From: Octopus vulgaris
Taxonomy: Eukaryota
Direction of reading: 5' to 3'
Assembly (NCBI GenBank): GCA_951406725.2
Contig: OX597828.1
Location: forward strand, 54,746,001 to 54,810,000
Length of the DNA: 64,000 nucleotides
The position numbers and the translations under genes are program-made. The notes beneath the pieces are model-generated. The model made no database searches and was not told the origin of the DNA. It was given only the letters and a program-made list of their open reading frames with translations. How positions within the stretch are numbered: the first letter of the stretch is position 1; every line of letters begins with the position of its first letter. Below are positions 26,020 to 41,263 of the stretch, in pieces.

Positions 26020-27074
26020 CTTAACTGGAAAGAGACTTTATCTATCGAACACGAAATAATAAAAATCACAGTTGAGCTTGGTAGGATTTGAGTTCATAGT
26101 GAAGAGAACTGAAATAATATTGGAACTATTTCAGTCTGACTCCCTATGACAATTGCTAGAATGTAGCATGATTTATTAATTGTTTCTAAGTTACGACGTT
26201 GTCGGGAGGAACAGAAGCAGCCTCTCGACACTTATATTTTAACCAACGGTACATCCAGGAAGTCTCAACTGGAGAGGAAGGATGACCAGAGAGGAGGCAG
26301 GTATAATTATTAAATGTAATTAAAAACTCTGGACAGGCTTAACGTAGACATAGCAAATGTAGAAAACAATATGTTCTCTGTTGTACATCGACATCCAAAA
26401 CGAATTTATTCCTGAATTTACTTATCAAACACGCTACCCACAATGCACCATTTATGTTAATTGGTATAACCGTTTTATTAGTCACTCATAACTGTGGCTA
26501 TAAATAGAATGCACACGCGCGCACGCACACACACACAAACACACAAACACACAAACGCGCAAGCACGCACAGACAGATAGGTTAAGTATGTATATATACT
26601 TACAAACTTCTACATATATATACTCGTATAAACATACATAAGTATATATTTCTCTCTCCCTCCCTCCCCTCCCTCTCTCTATATATATTGTGTATGTATA
26701 TATATGTGTGTGTGTATGTGTGTGTGTGTGTCTGTGCTTGTCCACCCACCATCGCTTGACAGCCGATGTCGATGTGTTTATGTCCCTGTGAACGTAGTGG
26801 TTCGGCAAAAGAGACCGATATTATAAGTACTAGGTTTACAAAGAATAAGTCCTGCGGTCGATTTGTTCGACTAAAGTCGTTGTTCCAGCATGACCGCAGT
26901 CAAACGACTGAGGCAAATAAAAGAATATATATATATATATATATATAAAATGAGATAGGGGTTGAAAATTCAACCCACCATGGGATAACATATATCCAAA
27001 GTATTGATTGGGTATCATCTGATAGTTGATGTTTTATTGATTTAAGTATGTTTCTCCATTTTCTAATTTTGTAG

Positions 27075-27114
<40 letters not shown>

Positions 27115-27844
27115 TTACTAACGCACACATATATAATAGGATATGGTCGTTTTATGTTTGGAGGGACGAGGTGCCAAAGATATGGTACATGGCTCTCACG
27201 TCTAGATACATATACGCTGTTTAAATCTAATGAGATTTAAAACAAAGCGATTTAAGTAAAACATGATGTCGTTGGAGAATACAAGACACTTCGCTTGTCT
27301 TCATTCATTCATTTATTTATTTATTCAATTATTTGTTCAGTTATACTTTTTATCTATTTATTTATTTTCCACTTGATTATTTTTTTATTTGTCATGTTCC
27401 GCCTGACAGGTGTTTTATCAAAACAGTCGTTAAAAATTAATTTCTCATCACAAGACATAATTTTTCTTACTATCCAAGAACGTTTTGTGAAGTCTATCAC
27501 CATCAATACTGTTATTTACAAAGTTATCAATTTTGCTTCGTGTTATTGTTGTTTAACAATTCGAAGGAAATAATCCAAGACCGATGAAATCCTCTTTACT
27601 TGTTGCTTTCAAAACAGAAGCTATTAAAGATATTTAGGAGGAAGTCATAATTAATAAAAGTTCATAAAAGAAAGTGCAAGGTGTAACGCGACCGTGTAAT
27701 GCGAGGTGACAAGAATGGCTCCTTTAGTACATCACACACAAGCTTTCCCCACTAAACACAAATCATGTGTGTGGGTAGTCTAACTGTTATAATATTAGCT
27801 GTTAAATCCTCAAACATCGGAGTTTTTGGAAGAATCCACTGTAT

Positions 27845-28058
27845 ACTCTTTTACATGTTTCAGTCATTAGACTGCGGCCATGCAGGGGCAACACCTTGAA
27901 GAATTTTAGGCTAATGAATCGACCTTCAATACTTTTTATGTTTTTAAAGCCTGGTGCTTATTCTATCAACCTCTTTTGGCGAATCGCTCGTTTAACACAA
28001 CAGCACCTGTTCTAAAGCGGTGGTGAAGGACAAATACAGACACAGACACAAGCTTGCA

Positions 28059-28097
<39 letters not shown>

Positions 28098-28500
28098 ACA
28101 CACACACACACAAATACACTCACACACTCACACACACCACACATTCATATATATATACAACAAGCTTCTTTCAGCTTCCGTCTACCAAATCCACCTGCAG
28201 GGTTTGGTGTATTGGCTATAGAAAAGACACTTGCCCGAAGTGCCACGCATTGGGACTGAACCCAGAACCATGTAGTTGGGAAGCCAGCTTCTTACCCCAG
28301 AGCCACTCCGACGCCTACAAATATACATAAAAGTACACACTAAATTAAGGGACGGTCTCCTACACAGTTCCCGTCAACCAAATTCTACACATGAGGTATT
28401 TGCCAACTTGGAGTAGCTAGAGAAACTAACTGCTCAAAGTGCTGCGCTGACGGCTCGAACCTGGTACCACAAGTTTGTGCAGAGAACTTATAGGACTACA
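27845..28500 (-). mobile_element. SINE family C copy plus a degenerate head fragment
   Basis: Reverse complement of the family C tail, (CA)n tract and head (..CAGAGCCACTCC). Confidence 0.8.
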
Positions 28501-28669
28501 CATCAACGCTCTGCGCCGGATACATGAAATGTTATTCCAGCAACAGTTTTTGGCGAGGCAGAATTGATTTATCTCTCTTTACCAACGTCTAGATTTATAT
28601 CTTATATAAATCTTACGTGATAATGTCATGCATCCGTAGGATTTATGGCCCAGCAAGTGTTGATGTCAT

Positions 28670-28704
28670 ACCATTATCAGCAACATCACTATCACCATCA
28701 CTCA

Positions 28705-28737
<33 letters not shown>

Positions 28738-29229
28738 CCATCAATACAACTACCATCACCACCATCACCACCACCACCATCATCATCACCACCATCATCA
28801 CCACCATCATCATCACCATCACCACCACCATCACCATCACCATCATCACCACCACCACCACAACCACCATCATCACCACCACTACCACCATCATCACCAC
28901 CATCACCATGACCGCTAACGCTACCATCACCGCAACCACCACCATCATCTCTCCCACCACCATTACTGCTACCACCACTATTTCCGTTATCACCATCATC
29001 ACCAGTACCATCGTCAACACCACCAACATCATCATGACCACCGTCACCCCCACAAACTCTAATGCTTCTGTTCTGTGGTTGCAATCACCAAGAAACAACC
29101 TATACTACTACTACTACCACCACCACCACCACCATCATCATCACCACCACCACCACTACTACTACTACTACTACAACAACTACTACTACTACTACAACAA
29201 CTACTACTACCACCACCACCACCACCACC

Positions 29230-29279
<50 letters not shown>

Positions 29280-29374
29280 CCATCACTACCAGCAGCAGCA
29301 GCACTACTACTACCACCACCACAACCACCACCATCACCACCACCACCACCACCACCACCACCACCACCACCACC

Positions 29375-29405
<31 letters not shown>

Positions 29406-30200
29406 TTGCTATCACATTCAACTATTTGCTGTCACGATTACAATTACCAAAATTACGATCACCCGCCTACCCTCCACCACCACTACCACCACTACCACCT
29501 CCACCATCACCATTATTTATATCAATAAAAGTTTTACAAATTTTAGCACCTCCAAACATTGCCACCCTTAACGAGCACAACGACCACCACTACAATCACC
29601 CCACCACCACCACCACCACGACCACCACGACCACCATAATCAGCCCCCTTCCACCACCACCACCACCACCACAGTCACCACAGTCACCACCACCACCATC
29701 ACCATCAGCACCACTAATACCTCTAAAATGTATAAGAACAGCATCAGAACCAACACCACCTGCCAACAAAATTCACAACTGCCACGAATAACGACATCAG
29801 CAAGAAGAAGAAGAAGAAGAAGAAGAAGAAGAAGAAGAAGAAGAAGAAGAAGAAGAAGAAGAAGAAGAAGAAGAAGAAGAAGAAGAAGAAGAAGAAGAAG
29901 AAGAAGAAGATGATCAAGAAGAAGAAGAAGAAGATGATGAAGAAGAAGAAGAAGAAGAAGAAGATGATGAAGAAGAAGAAGAAGAAGAAGAAGAAGAAGA
30001 AGAAGAAGAAGAAGAAGAATTGGAATATGAAGATGAAGAAGAACAAGAATTGGAATAATAATAATGATAATGATAATAATAATATTAATATAATAATAAC
30101 AACAACAACAACAACAAGAAATAGAAGGAGGAGAAGAAGAAGAAGAAGAAGAAGAGGAGGAGGAGGAGGAGGAACAACAACAGCAGCAGTAGCAACAACA
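28670..30200. repeat. compound trinucleotide microsatellite field (CAG, CAC/CAT, TAC, GAA, AAT, CAA, GGA)
   Basis: Directly visible; includes about 220 bp of mostly (GAA)n at 29802-30018. Confidence 0.97.
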
Positions 30201-30620
30201 ACGCAGGTAAGAAAACGATCGCCGCCATTTTGAGGCACATCAACCGGAGAGTTAAACGGTAGCAACGTTGGAGGTAGAATGAGTTAAAAGAGCACCAGCG
30301 CCAATACATCAAGATGAGAGACCACCACCACAACACAGGAATTAACATCATCAATCAAAAGCTTTCAAAATGGATTTATAGAAGCAAAAAAGAAAAAAGT
30401 TATCGCCATTTCTAGAAAATTTATGACGTGTATAAAGAATGATGGCGTGTTTATGTGTGTTTATGAGCGTTCGTGCGTGGGCATAGATATATATGATATA
30501 AATATGTGTATGTCCGTGTATATGTATGTATATGTATATATGCATGTGTGTGTGTGTATATATATATATATGTATATATGCGTGCGTGTGTTTGAGTGCA
30601 TGTGCTATGTACACATATAC

Positions 30621-30657
<37 letters not shown>

Positions 30658-30851
30658 CATATATATATACACGTTAAATTATATATGCACTTAATATATG
30701 TTCATTTAATTTAATCCATAAATTGTTGGTTATGCACTCACACACACACGCTCTCTCTCCCTCTCTCTCTCTCACTCACACATATATATGCATTTATACA
30801 CACAGACATACACACACAGAAGCATATGTGCATGTATACGTGTCATATATG

Positions 30852-30896
<45 letters not shown>

Positions 30897-31489
30897 TATA
30901 TGTAAATATATATAACTATATAGTATACATATATATATATATATATATGTGTATACATATACATACATACATTTATATATATATATATAAAACGTTACGT
31001 TCCATGTTCTCGCTACACACAAAGATAAAATTCACACATGCATATATATATATATGGAGGTTTGCATGAATGCATACATACACACATATACACATACATA
31101 GACGCATATGTGACCATAGCGAGATATTTATTAGATATACCTACATTTAGATTACGAAGCATTAACCCAGTTTTGCTAATGTAAGGATCCCCATAAGCAA
31201 ACAGAGTCAAAATGGACGCCCTATGTTACATGTTATAATCAAACAGAGTGAGTTAGAATGACCCTATATGTTACGTTGCTGTGAGGCTCTCACATATATC
31301 TCTCATAGTTCCTTGCTCTATCGCATTCGCTCTCGGTAAACTCAGTGTCAGTGGTTCTGAAACGGAGTCCATCAGGCCCTTGATGGTCCATATAAGATTT
31401 TGTCGCTAATATAATAAGTGCAATAAATTATTTATACTTCCACAGTGCGTAAAATATTTTCACACTTTTTAAAAGAATTTCTAATAATG

Positions 31490-31920
31490 ATTTCAACTTT
31501 TTGCACAAGGCTAGCAATTTCTGGAAGTGGGTAAATCGGTTGTATAGACTCCAGTTTTCAACTGGTACTTATTTTATCGACCCGAAAAGGACGAAAAACA
31601 AAGTTGACCTGGACAGAATTTGAACTCAGAATGTGAAGACGGACGAAATGCCGCTAAGCATTATCGTCTGACGGGCATACAATTCTCACAGCTCGCCGCC
31701 CAATACAATTCCTAATAATATTATTTCAAATTTTTGCCACAAGGGTAGCTTGGGGGAGGTAGGGGTGTGTCAATTACATCGATCCCAGTGTTCAACTGGT
31801 ACTTAATTTATCGACCTCGAAAGAATGAAAGGCGGAATTCGAACTTAGAACGTAGCTACGGGCGAAATAGTGCTAAACATTTCGTCCAGCGTACTAACGA
31901 TTCTGCCAGTTCAACGCCTT
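31490..31920 (-). mobile_element. two tandem degenerate family A SINEs
   Basis: Family A body motifs occur twice. Confidence 0.8.
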
Positions 31921-32087
31921 ACAATTCCTATTATAAAGATATAAGATAGTTTAAACATCGGTGTAGTTGAGTTAAATAGGAATCCCTAAGGGGTTCGTGA
32001 TAGTTGAGAAGCATTGCTCTACACTGTACAATATCAATGATTGTGAACCACGCAGGACTGTCACTATAATTCTTAATACATTGTGCA

Positions 32088-32858
32088 TGAACTAAAATGT
32101 TTTAATATCTGAGACGAATTAATTCCTTATTTGTAAACTAATATTCTATAATATAATCATCATGTAAAATTATTATCTCAGATGGTTCATTACGTTGATA
32201 ATTACAATTGAATTATCTTCTTAGTTCTGATAATTATCTTGGCAGATACACGATAAATGTATAACATGTTACCATAAAAGTCAACGAACTCGGATGAGCT
32301 TGCTGCAGATTTAGCGTAGCCGTTGATGAATAAAAATAGATTTAGAGCTGCCGCTTACGTCATTCTATAACCACTCGACTATATGACACATATTCTAGAA
32401 CTATTACAATATTGAAGACAGAACTATAGGGTCGAATTTTGCTGCATCGGCTGTACACCCTGGTGTCGCCGCTCGTAACGCGGCAGAAAGAAAAATTCAT
32501 AAATATAGGAGTCTAACCAGCAACTATCAGTTTGTGTTAATCGCCCTCTGGACGTCAGGTGTTCTATGTCTCCATATTACCGATTTCCTCCGCAAAATAG
32601 GTATAATGGTGTGAACTAAAATATTTTAATATCTGAGTCCAATTCATTCCTTATTTGTAAACAACTGATCAGTAATATAATCATCATGGAAAATTTTTAT
32701 CTCAAATTATTCAAAACATTGATAATTACAATTGAATTATTTTCGTAGTTCTGATAATTATCCCGGCAGATACCCGCTTAATGTACAACATGTTCCCAGC
32801 AGATACCCGCTTAATGTACAACATGTACAATAAAAGTCAACGAACTCAGATCAGCTTG
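32088..32858 (+). repeat. diverged direct repeat pair (32088-32302 and 32612-32858)
   Basis: Both copies run TGAACTAAAAT..TTCCTTATTTGTAAAC..GATAATTACAATTGAATTAT..TAAAAGTCAACGAACTC..AGCTTG. Copy 2 has an internal 33-bp duplication. Confidence 0.9.
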
Positions 32859-33649
32859 ACCAATCTCGGCGGCAACGCCATCGCGACCATCACCTCGGGG
32901 CGCGGCTGAGCACACAATCCCTTCTGGGGTATCTGATCCCTCGCCCTCTCCTCCATCATCTTCTGCTGCTTTACCCCACCCCTTTTTTCTTTTGTTTCTT
33001 TTCCTTTCTCATCTCTCTTTTTTTCCCCCTGTTTCTTTGTATTTAAATTTGAATAAAAGATCTGTGAAATTAGAATCCATGAAGGCCATTTTGGTAGCAG
33101 GAGATGAAAAGCGAACCAATTCAAGTCGTTGCCATTTAACGAATCTTTATTTATTTAGCTTTCCTTCCCAAAGTAAACAAAAACTACATTTGTAAACAGA
33201 GACCATTATTGGAAGATCAACGGATGGAAGAGAGACTCAATTCAACATAAATTGATTTCAGCAATGCTCAATCAATACCGATGCAACTCTCTGTGTTAAT
33301 TCGTACATTCCTCCATTGCTGTCTCTGTCTAACTTGAGCAGAACGTCTCCATGGTCGTCTTCTTATCTCCAAACAATAAGCATATCCTTTTCATTAATGT
33401 CATCTTTGGAGAATTCTTGATTCTTGAAATTATCTGCTCTTTTTCGCGTGGAGCTGAGCATAAGTTTCATAATGGTAATTATGCTGCATCTTCAAGAAGC
33501 AGAGTTAATAATTTTAATAAATCGCGAATTATATTGTATGGGATTTGTTATACCTATATTTGTATCTGTGTTTCTTGTTCAACTACATGCCACTGGCCAC
33601 TCTCAGTTATTTCTCTGGACTCATTTTATTTAAATTATGCATTTATATA

Positions 33650-34215
<566 letters not shown>

Positions 34216-35062
34216 AAATAAATATATATAGTACGTATACATTTCTACACACATTTTGTAAATAGAATTATAAGTCTTCACTGCATGCTGACCATAGGAA
34301 GTAACACTAATAAAATTTGAATTTTTTTTCGCCTTTGGTCTATAACTGTTATTTCCTATTTACATCTATTTAGTAATCAAAGGAAATGACTACTGTCCCC
34401 TTCAAACTTTGCTTTTGTGACCTGGACATCAAAGTTTTGAAACTATTTTCCGTTACATTTTCAGACAGATTCCTCTCAGAGTTGCTGTAGCAAAAATATC
34501 GTTATAGCAAATATTCTGCTTAATAGCGCAGATTTGCGTGTCAGTTGCTTGACTTTCAACACATGAGCATGTCCCTTAGTGGCTGACAATATATGCACCC
34601 CTGATCCTGAGCGGGAGTAGTGGGGGAAGCATCATAGTCATGTGTTGAGAGGGATTCTTTGGGGTTTGAATAAATGTTACGAAAAGCAAATTTTAAAGGA
34701 AATATTAACCGTTCTACCGACTTTCTAGGGATAAGCAAATAGAAAATAAGAGTTCCTACCCAAGGACAAAAGTTGTGTTACACAGTGTAATCTAATATTA
34801 ATGGCATATAAACCCCGTAGCAGAAAAAAATTGGGCTTTAGTACAATGCCCTTTTTTTTTCCATTACGGAGATTTAGATACCCTAATATTTTCTATAGTC
34901 AATATAAGGTGTAGGTTTATTATTCTATTTACAAGCTTTCACTCACCACCGACTCCTAAATCACGCAGAATACACACACACACACACACACACACACACC
35001 ATATATATATACATACATACGTATATATATATATATATGTATATATATATGTATATACATAC

Positions 35063-35095
<33 letters not shown>

Positions 35096-35110
35096 CATAT
35101 ATATATATAC

Positions 35111-35191
<81 letters not shown>

Positions 35192-35326
35192 ATATTTATT
35201 GCTAAATGGCAATATACCATTCGAAATATAACAATATATATACATATTTATAAATAAATAAATATATATATATGAATATATATATATATACATACACATA
35301 CATATATGCATACATATATACACTTG

Positions 35327-35367
<41 letters not shown>

Positions 35368-35887
35368 CATACATATATACATACAAAGATACACACAAGC
35401 ACACATGTACATACACACATTTACACATACATGTATGTACTATTGTGCCATATATTCGAGTCATTTTCTGTGCATGTGTACGTGTATACAATTGTGTGTA
35501 TGTATGACTGACAAAGATGTCGATCAAGTACTCAATACAGATGGTGTTTCATACATATATGTACTTGCTTGTATGGAGTATGGGCAAACATATGTATGCA
35601 TACATTTATACACACGCTCATAGATACACATGTATATACAACCATATTACACACGCACACCTACATATTTGTATGATATACATGTATGCATACTTATGTA
35701 TGTATAATATACATGCACACACCAACACACACATACACACACATGCTTAGATACATAGAAACACACGTAACTGAAACAAATGGGTTACGTTTGGAAGTAA
35801 AAGTTGTGTTTGTAATATAGAGGAGAAATAAAGAAAGGCAAAATAAAGTTATGTCAACAGTGAACCAATCTTGAAAGCAAATATAGA

Positions 35888-35899
<12 letters not shown>

Positions 35900-35924
<25 letters not shown>

Positions 35925-36433
35925 AAAGAAAGACAGGGAGAGAAAGAGAGGAAGATAAAGTGTGGGAGACAAACAGAGACAGAGAGAGAAAGCGAAAGAG
36001 AGAGAGAGACAGAGGAAAAGATAGAGGGGTAAGGTAAGAGAGAGAGAGAGAAGAGAAAGAAAGACAGGGAGAGAAAGAGAGGAAGATTAAGTGAGAGAGA
36101 CAAACAGAGACAGAGAGAGAAAGCGAAAGAGAGAGAGAGACAGAGGAAAAGATAGAGGGGGAAGGTAAGAGAGAGAGAGAGAAGAGAAAGAAAGACAGGG
36201 AGAGAAAGAGAGGAAGATTAAGTGAGAGAGACAAACAGAGACAGAGAGAGAAAGCGAAAGAGAGAGAGAGACAGAGGAAAAGATAGAGGGGGAAGGTAAG
36301 AGAGAGAGAGAGAAGAGAAAGAAAGACAGGGAGAGAAAGAGAGGAAGATTAAGTGAGAGAGACAAACAGAGACAGAGAGAGAAAGCGAAAGAGAGAGAGA
36401 AAGAGGAAAAGATAGAAGGTGAAGGTGAGAGAG

Positions 36434-36440
<7 letters not shown>
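35900..36440. repeat. 131-bp purine-rich minisatellite, about 4 copies
   Basis: AGAGAAAGAAAGACAGGGAGAGAAAGAGAGGAAGAT starts at 35921, 36052, 36183 and 36314. Confidence 0.95.
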
Positions 36441-36468
<28 letters not shown>

Positions 36469-36559
36469 GAAATTTACAGAGAGGGGAAGGAAAAAGAGAA
36501 ACACACATATTCTGAAAGACAGTCTCTCTCATGTACATGAACACATATTATAAACACTA

Positions 36560-36601
<42 letters not shown>

Positions 36602-36884
36602 ACACACTTACACACACACACACATTCACACATGCATACACCAACATGCACGCAGACAACATGAAACCATTTTCTACTGCGTTTTAAGTGATAAAACATT
36701 TTTTATGGATTTTATAAATCAAAAACAAAATCCGTTAGTTTTTGGGGAAAATAAGGAGAAATTTTGTAGCAATATTTATTGGAACACGTTTTGCAGGACG
36801 GCTTTTATATATGCTCTTACGCTCTGTGTGTGTGCGGAGGTGTGTATGCTTGTATATATGTATGTGTATATATTTATATATATA

Positions 36885-37094
<210 letters not shown>

Positions 37095-37559
37095 GTATGT
37101 ATATTCATGTATATATATTCATCTAAATGTATACACACACACACACATATATATATATATGCATGCATACATACATACATACATACATACATACATACAT
37201 GCATACATACATACACACACACATATATATGCATGCATACATACATACATACATACATACATACATACATACATACATACGTACATACATACATACATAT
37301 GCAATGTTTCAGTTTTGGGGGAGAGAATCGCCTTGACAGTTGCGAGAGGAATAAAATATATTCGTAATTCTAATGAATTCTTTTTTCTTTTCTCGTTGGT
37401 ATACAGCTATTATATAGTTTTGTGGCCATCATCGCTACGGAACTGTGGAGTCTCTTTCGCTTAATATGAATGTAAGCATGTGTGTGTATATACACACATG
37501 CTACACACACACACACTGAAAATTCATACGCAATAATTCATTTTAATCCCTTATTTATT

Positions 37560-38155
37560 TATTACCCACAAGGTGCTAAACATAGAGGGGAGACAAACAA
37601 GAACAGACAAAGGGATTAAGTCGATTATATCTACCCCAGTGCGTAACTGGTGCTTAATTTATCGACCCTGAAAGGATGAAAGGCAAAGTCGACCTCGGCG
37701 GAATTTGAACTCAGAACGTAACGGCAGACGCAAATAAAGACACATACAATAGGAATATGAAATACAAAATGGCTGATCGTTAGTAAGGAAAGACACACAA
37801 ACAAGAAAGAAGAAAGCAAAGGACCACTGATGGGGTCACAGAAGTGTGAAGAAAGAATTCTGGCCGAAATACGATTAACGTAAAAATAAAATAAAGCTGA
37901 AGTAAATTAACACCAAATATATAGTGCGTGTGTTTTATTGGCTAAACTGGCAACATGACCGTCCCCAAATACAACAATATATATATATATATACGACAGG
38001 ATTCTTTCAGTTTCCGTCTACCAAATCCACTCATAAGGCTTTGGCTGGCTCGAGACTATAAGGCTATTGAGGAAGACACTCGCCCAAGGTGCCACGCAGT
38101 GGGACTGAATCCGGAACCATATGGTTAGGAAGCCAAGCTTCCTAACCAGCCACTC

Positions 38156-38157
<2 letters not shown>
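37560..38157 (-). mobile_element. family A (alternative tail, 37560-37735) and family C head (37993-38157) SINE fragments
   Basis: Match the family modules described above. Confidence 0.8.
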
Positions 38158-38200
<43 letters not shown>

Positions 38201-38349
38201 TCTCTCCTTGTTTTTCTGTGTCCCTTTCCTGTAGAAGAGCGTAGGCTCGAAACGTAAAATACTTTTTCTATTCCTGAGCGTTATACTAATACATCTGTTT
38301 GTTTTGTACACAACCTGTCTTCGTCTTTCGGTTTCTTTTCGTTAACTCT

Positions 38350-38396
<47 letters not shown>

Positions 38397-38486
38397 TATG
38401 TATAATATGCATTTATGAATGATTGTATATGTGTATCTCTCTTTCTTCCTCTATTTCCCTTTGTTGGGAAATACACACACACACAC

Positions 38487-38557
<71 letters not shown>

Positions 38558-39404
38558 CGACAAAGGAGAGGGGCTTAAATTTTTGTTGTTTTGCCACCAA
38601 TCTATATTCAACGTAGTCATAAAACAATATCCTCGAATACATCAGACATTGCATGATTTCTCAGCCTCATCAGGCGTTATCTAAACAGTCATTATTTGAT
38701 TATTTGATGAAGCATCACTAACAAACATCAGAGAATCACGTAATCAATCATCAGTCATGATTTGTCGTGGTGATCGATTGCGTGAAACTCAGAGTATCCG
38801 TTTGAGAAAACTTTCCAGCTTCAATGAAATGCTATATTATACTCAACCTCTAGTTTTCGAGTGCTATTTTCTTGACGTTGTTTTCCCCCGATGCACACGT
38901 GCGCGCGTATGCGTGTACATTTAATTTCATTTATGCACATTTATGTGAAAGTGTATGCGTGAGAATAGGAAAAGATGGAGAGAGAATGGAGGAAAGGCGG
39001 GGAGAAAGAGAGCATCAGAAAGAGAGCATCAGAAAGAAAGAGAATGAGAGAGGGCAAAGTGCTTGCGTGGTGTAGAGAGACGATTTGTTTCAAATTTAAC
39101 TTGAACCGTTTAAATTTATGCAGCCAGTTAATACGACGACGCGAGGCGCTTTATTGCCTTCTAATTAGATTAATTAAAATAGAGCAAAGAGTATCTTGAA
39201 ATATTAGCATAATGACATAAATGAGAATACATTTAACCTTTGCACTAGTGTGTGCAACTGAAATTATGATGTGAATATAGAGATAGGAGACAAAGTGCAG
39301 CCTATGACAACGTTTGATGTTCATGGCAACAGAAACGGACAAACAACTGCAGTCGCTATTTGAGTTGTGCTTTCAATGAATACTTGCTTCTATGATTTGA
39401 CTTT

Positions 39405-39491
<87 letters not shown>

Positions 39492-40200
39492 GTCTATCTA
39501 TCTTGTCATTCAGTCACTCTCTGGCTCTCTGTCGGAATTGTTTTCCTCTTCTTTTAACGTGTTTCATAAATTTCAATTCAGACGAAGTACAACTGTTCTG
39601 ACATTCCAATTCATGGTCGCTACTGGTGTGATGGAAAACTATGTCAGGTAAATGATCGCCAATTGCATTTCCCACTTCCGATATGTGCTTACATTCGAAC
39701 ACACAGAACATACACACACACACACACAAACATACACACATACACGCGCTCACGCGCACACACACACTGATATACATGATTGAGTATTTTACAGACACGT
39801 GTACCTTTGAAGTAATAAGCATATATGTTTCTTTATTAGCCACACATGGCTGCACATAGACGGGACAGATTACAAAGTAGAGCTTTTCTTTTTGGGGGAG
39901 AGAAAAAAACCCCAAAAGGTAGGTTAGGTTTTCGATCAAAAGGGATCGTAAAAGGGAAAGAAGAAAAAAAGAGGGGGGAAAAAGAAAAAAAAACATCAAT
40001 AGGGATCATGTATCACAGTGTCATGGTGTAAAGTGTAAATGTAGAAGCAAATGAGGTTTATCCGTGGGAAGAAAAGCCTACGGAAAAGACCACAGTAACC
40101 TCGGTCAATGATGTTACATGTTACCACATCTGTTTGCAAGTAGGTAACACTCTGTTTTAAATTTTCCGGGTTCACAGGATTATGCTCAAGGTGGCTCCGA

Positions 40201-40310
40201 GAGACAGCGTGACGCAGTGTCCTCCAGTGCGATACAATGCGATGTAGTGTGACGCAGTGTGACGCAGTGTGACGCAGTGTGACGCAGTGTGACACAGTAC
40301 GACAAAGTGT
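40201..40310. repeat. 10-bp tandem repeat GACGCAGTGT, about 11 units
   Basis: Perfect units at 40211, 40251, 40261, 40271 and 40281, with degenerate units around them. Confidence 0.9.
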
Positions 40311-40469
40311 GGAGGGACTCTTCTGTGACATATACAGTCCAATCAATAGGATTGTACACATTTTTCGCACATTTCTCGTCAACCGAATTTCACTAACGTG
40401 AATTACGTCGACCCAAGGTATGTTAAAAATATCTCCTCAAAAGCTTCACAGTAGGAACGAATTCAGCCT

Positions 40470-40760
40470 TGGCTCAGTGGTTAAAGCGTTGAGCTTACGA
40501 TCGTGAGATTGTAAGTTCGATTCCCGGCCCGGGCTGCTTGTTGTGTTCTTGAGCAAGACACTTTATTTCACATTCCTTCAGTTAACTCAGCTGTAGAAAT
40601 GAGTTGCGACATCACTGGTGCCAAGCTGTATCGGCCCCTTTGCCTTTCCCTTGGATCACATCGGTGGCATAGAGAAGGGAGGCTTGTATGCATGGGCGAC
40701 TGCTGGCCTTCTACAAACAACTTTGCCCTGACTTGTGCCTCGGAGGGTAACTTCCTAGGT
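40470..40760 (+). mobile_element. SINE family B, 3'-truncated
   Basis: Colinear with 7589-7880. Confidence 0.88.
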
Positions 40761-40768
40761 GTGTGTGA

Positions 40769-40820
<52 letters not shown>

Positions 40821-40919
40821 ATGTATGTAGATATATACTTATATAAATGTATGTATATATACGTATATATATATACGTATATATAGATATACATATATAT
40901 ATACATACATATATACATA

Positions 40920-40954
<35 letters not shown>

Positions 40955-41048
40955 GTATACATATATATGTGTGCATATATATATACAAATACATATATAT
41001 ATACATGCATATATATGTATGCATACACATACATACGCATATATATAC

Positions 41049-41100
<52 letters not shown>

Positions 41101-41210
41101 CGATAGTGTATATAGTCTTCTTGACTAATTTTTTCACGTTAGACCACTGGAAATGTAAATTTTGATTGAATATTTTAAATTTAATTAAATTCCATTTCCC
41201 TTTTGATATG

Positions 41211-41263
<53 letters not shown>

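Noticed and set aside
26191-26300. Possible small exon bounded by AG and GT
   Set aside because: Weak splice signals, no recognisable peptide, no partner exons.
28617-29791. Long Thr/His/Pro/Tyr-rich ORFs resembling a mucin or extensin
   Set aside because: Multiple frames on both strands are open because of trinucleotide repeats; no signal peptide, domain or splice evidence.
32088-32858. LTR pair of a retrotransposon
   Set aside because: No TG..CA termini, TSD, primer-binding site or polypurine tract recognised; kept only as a direct repeat.
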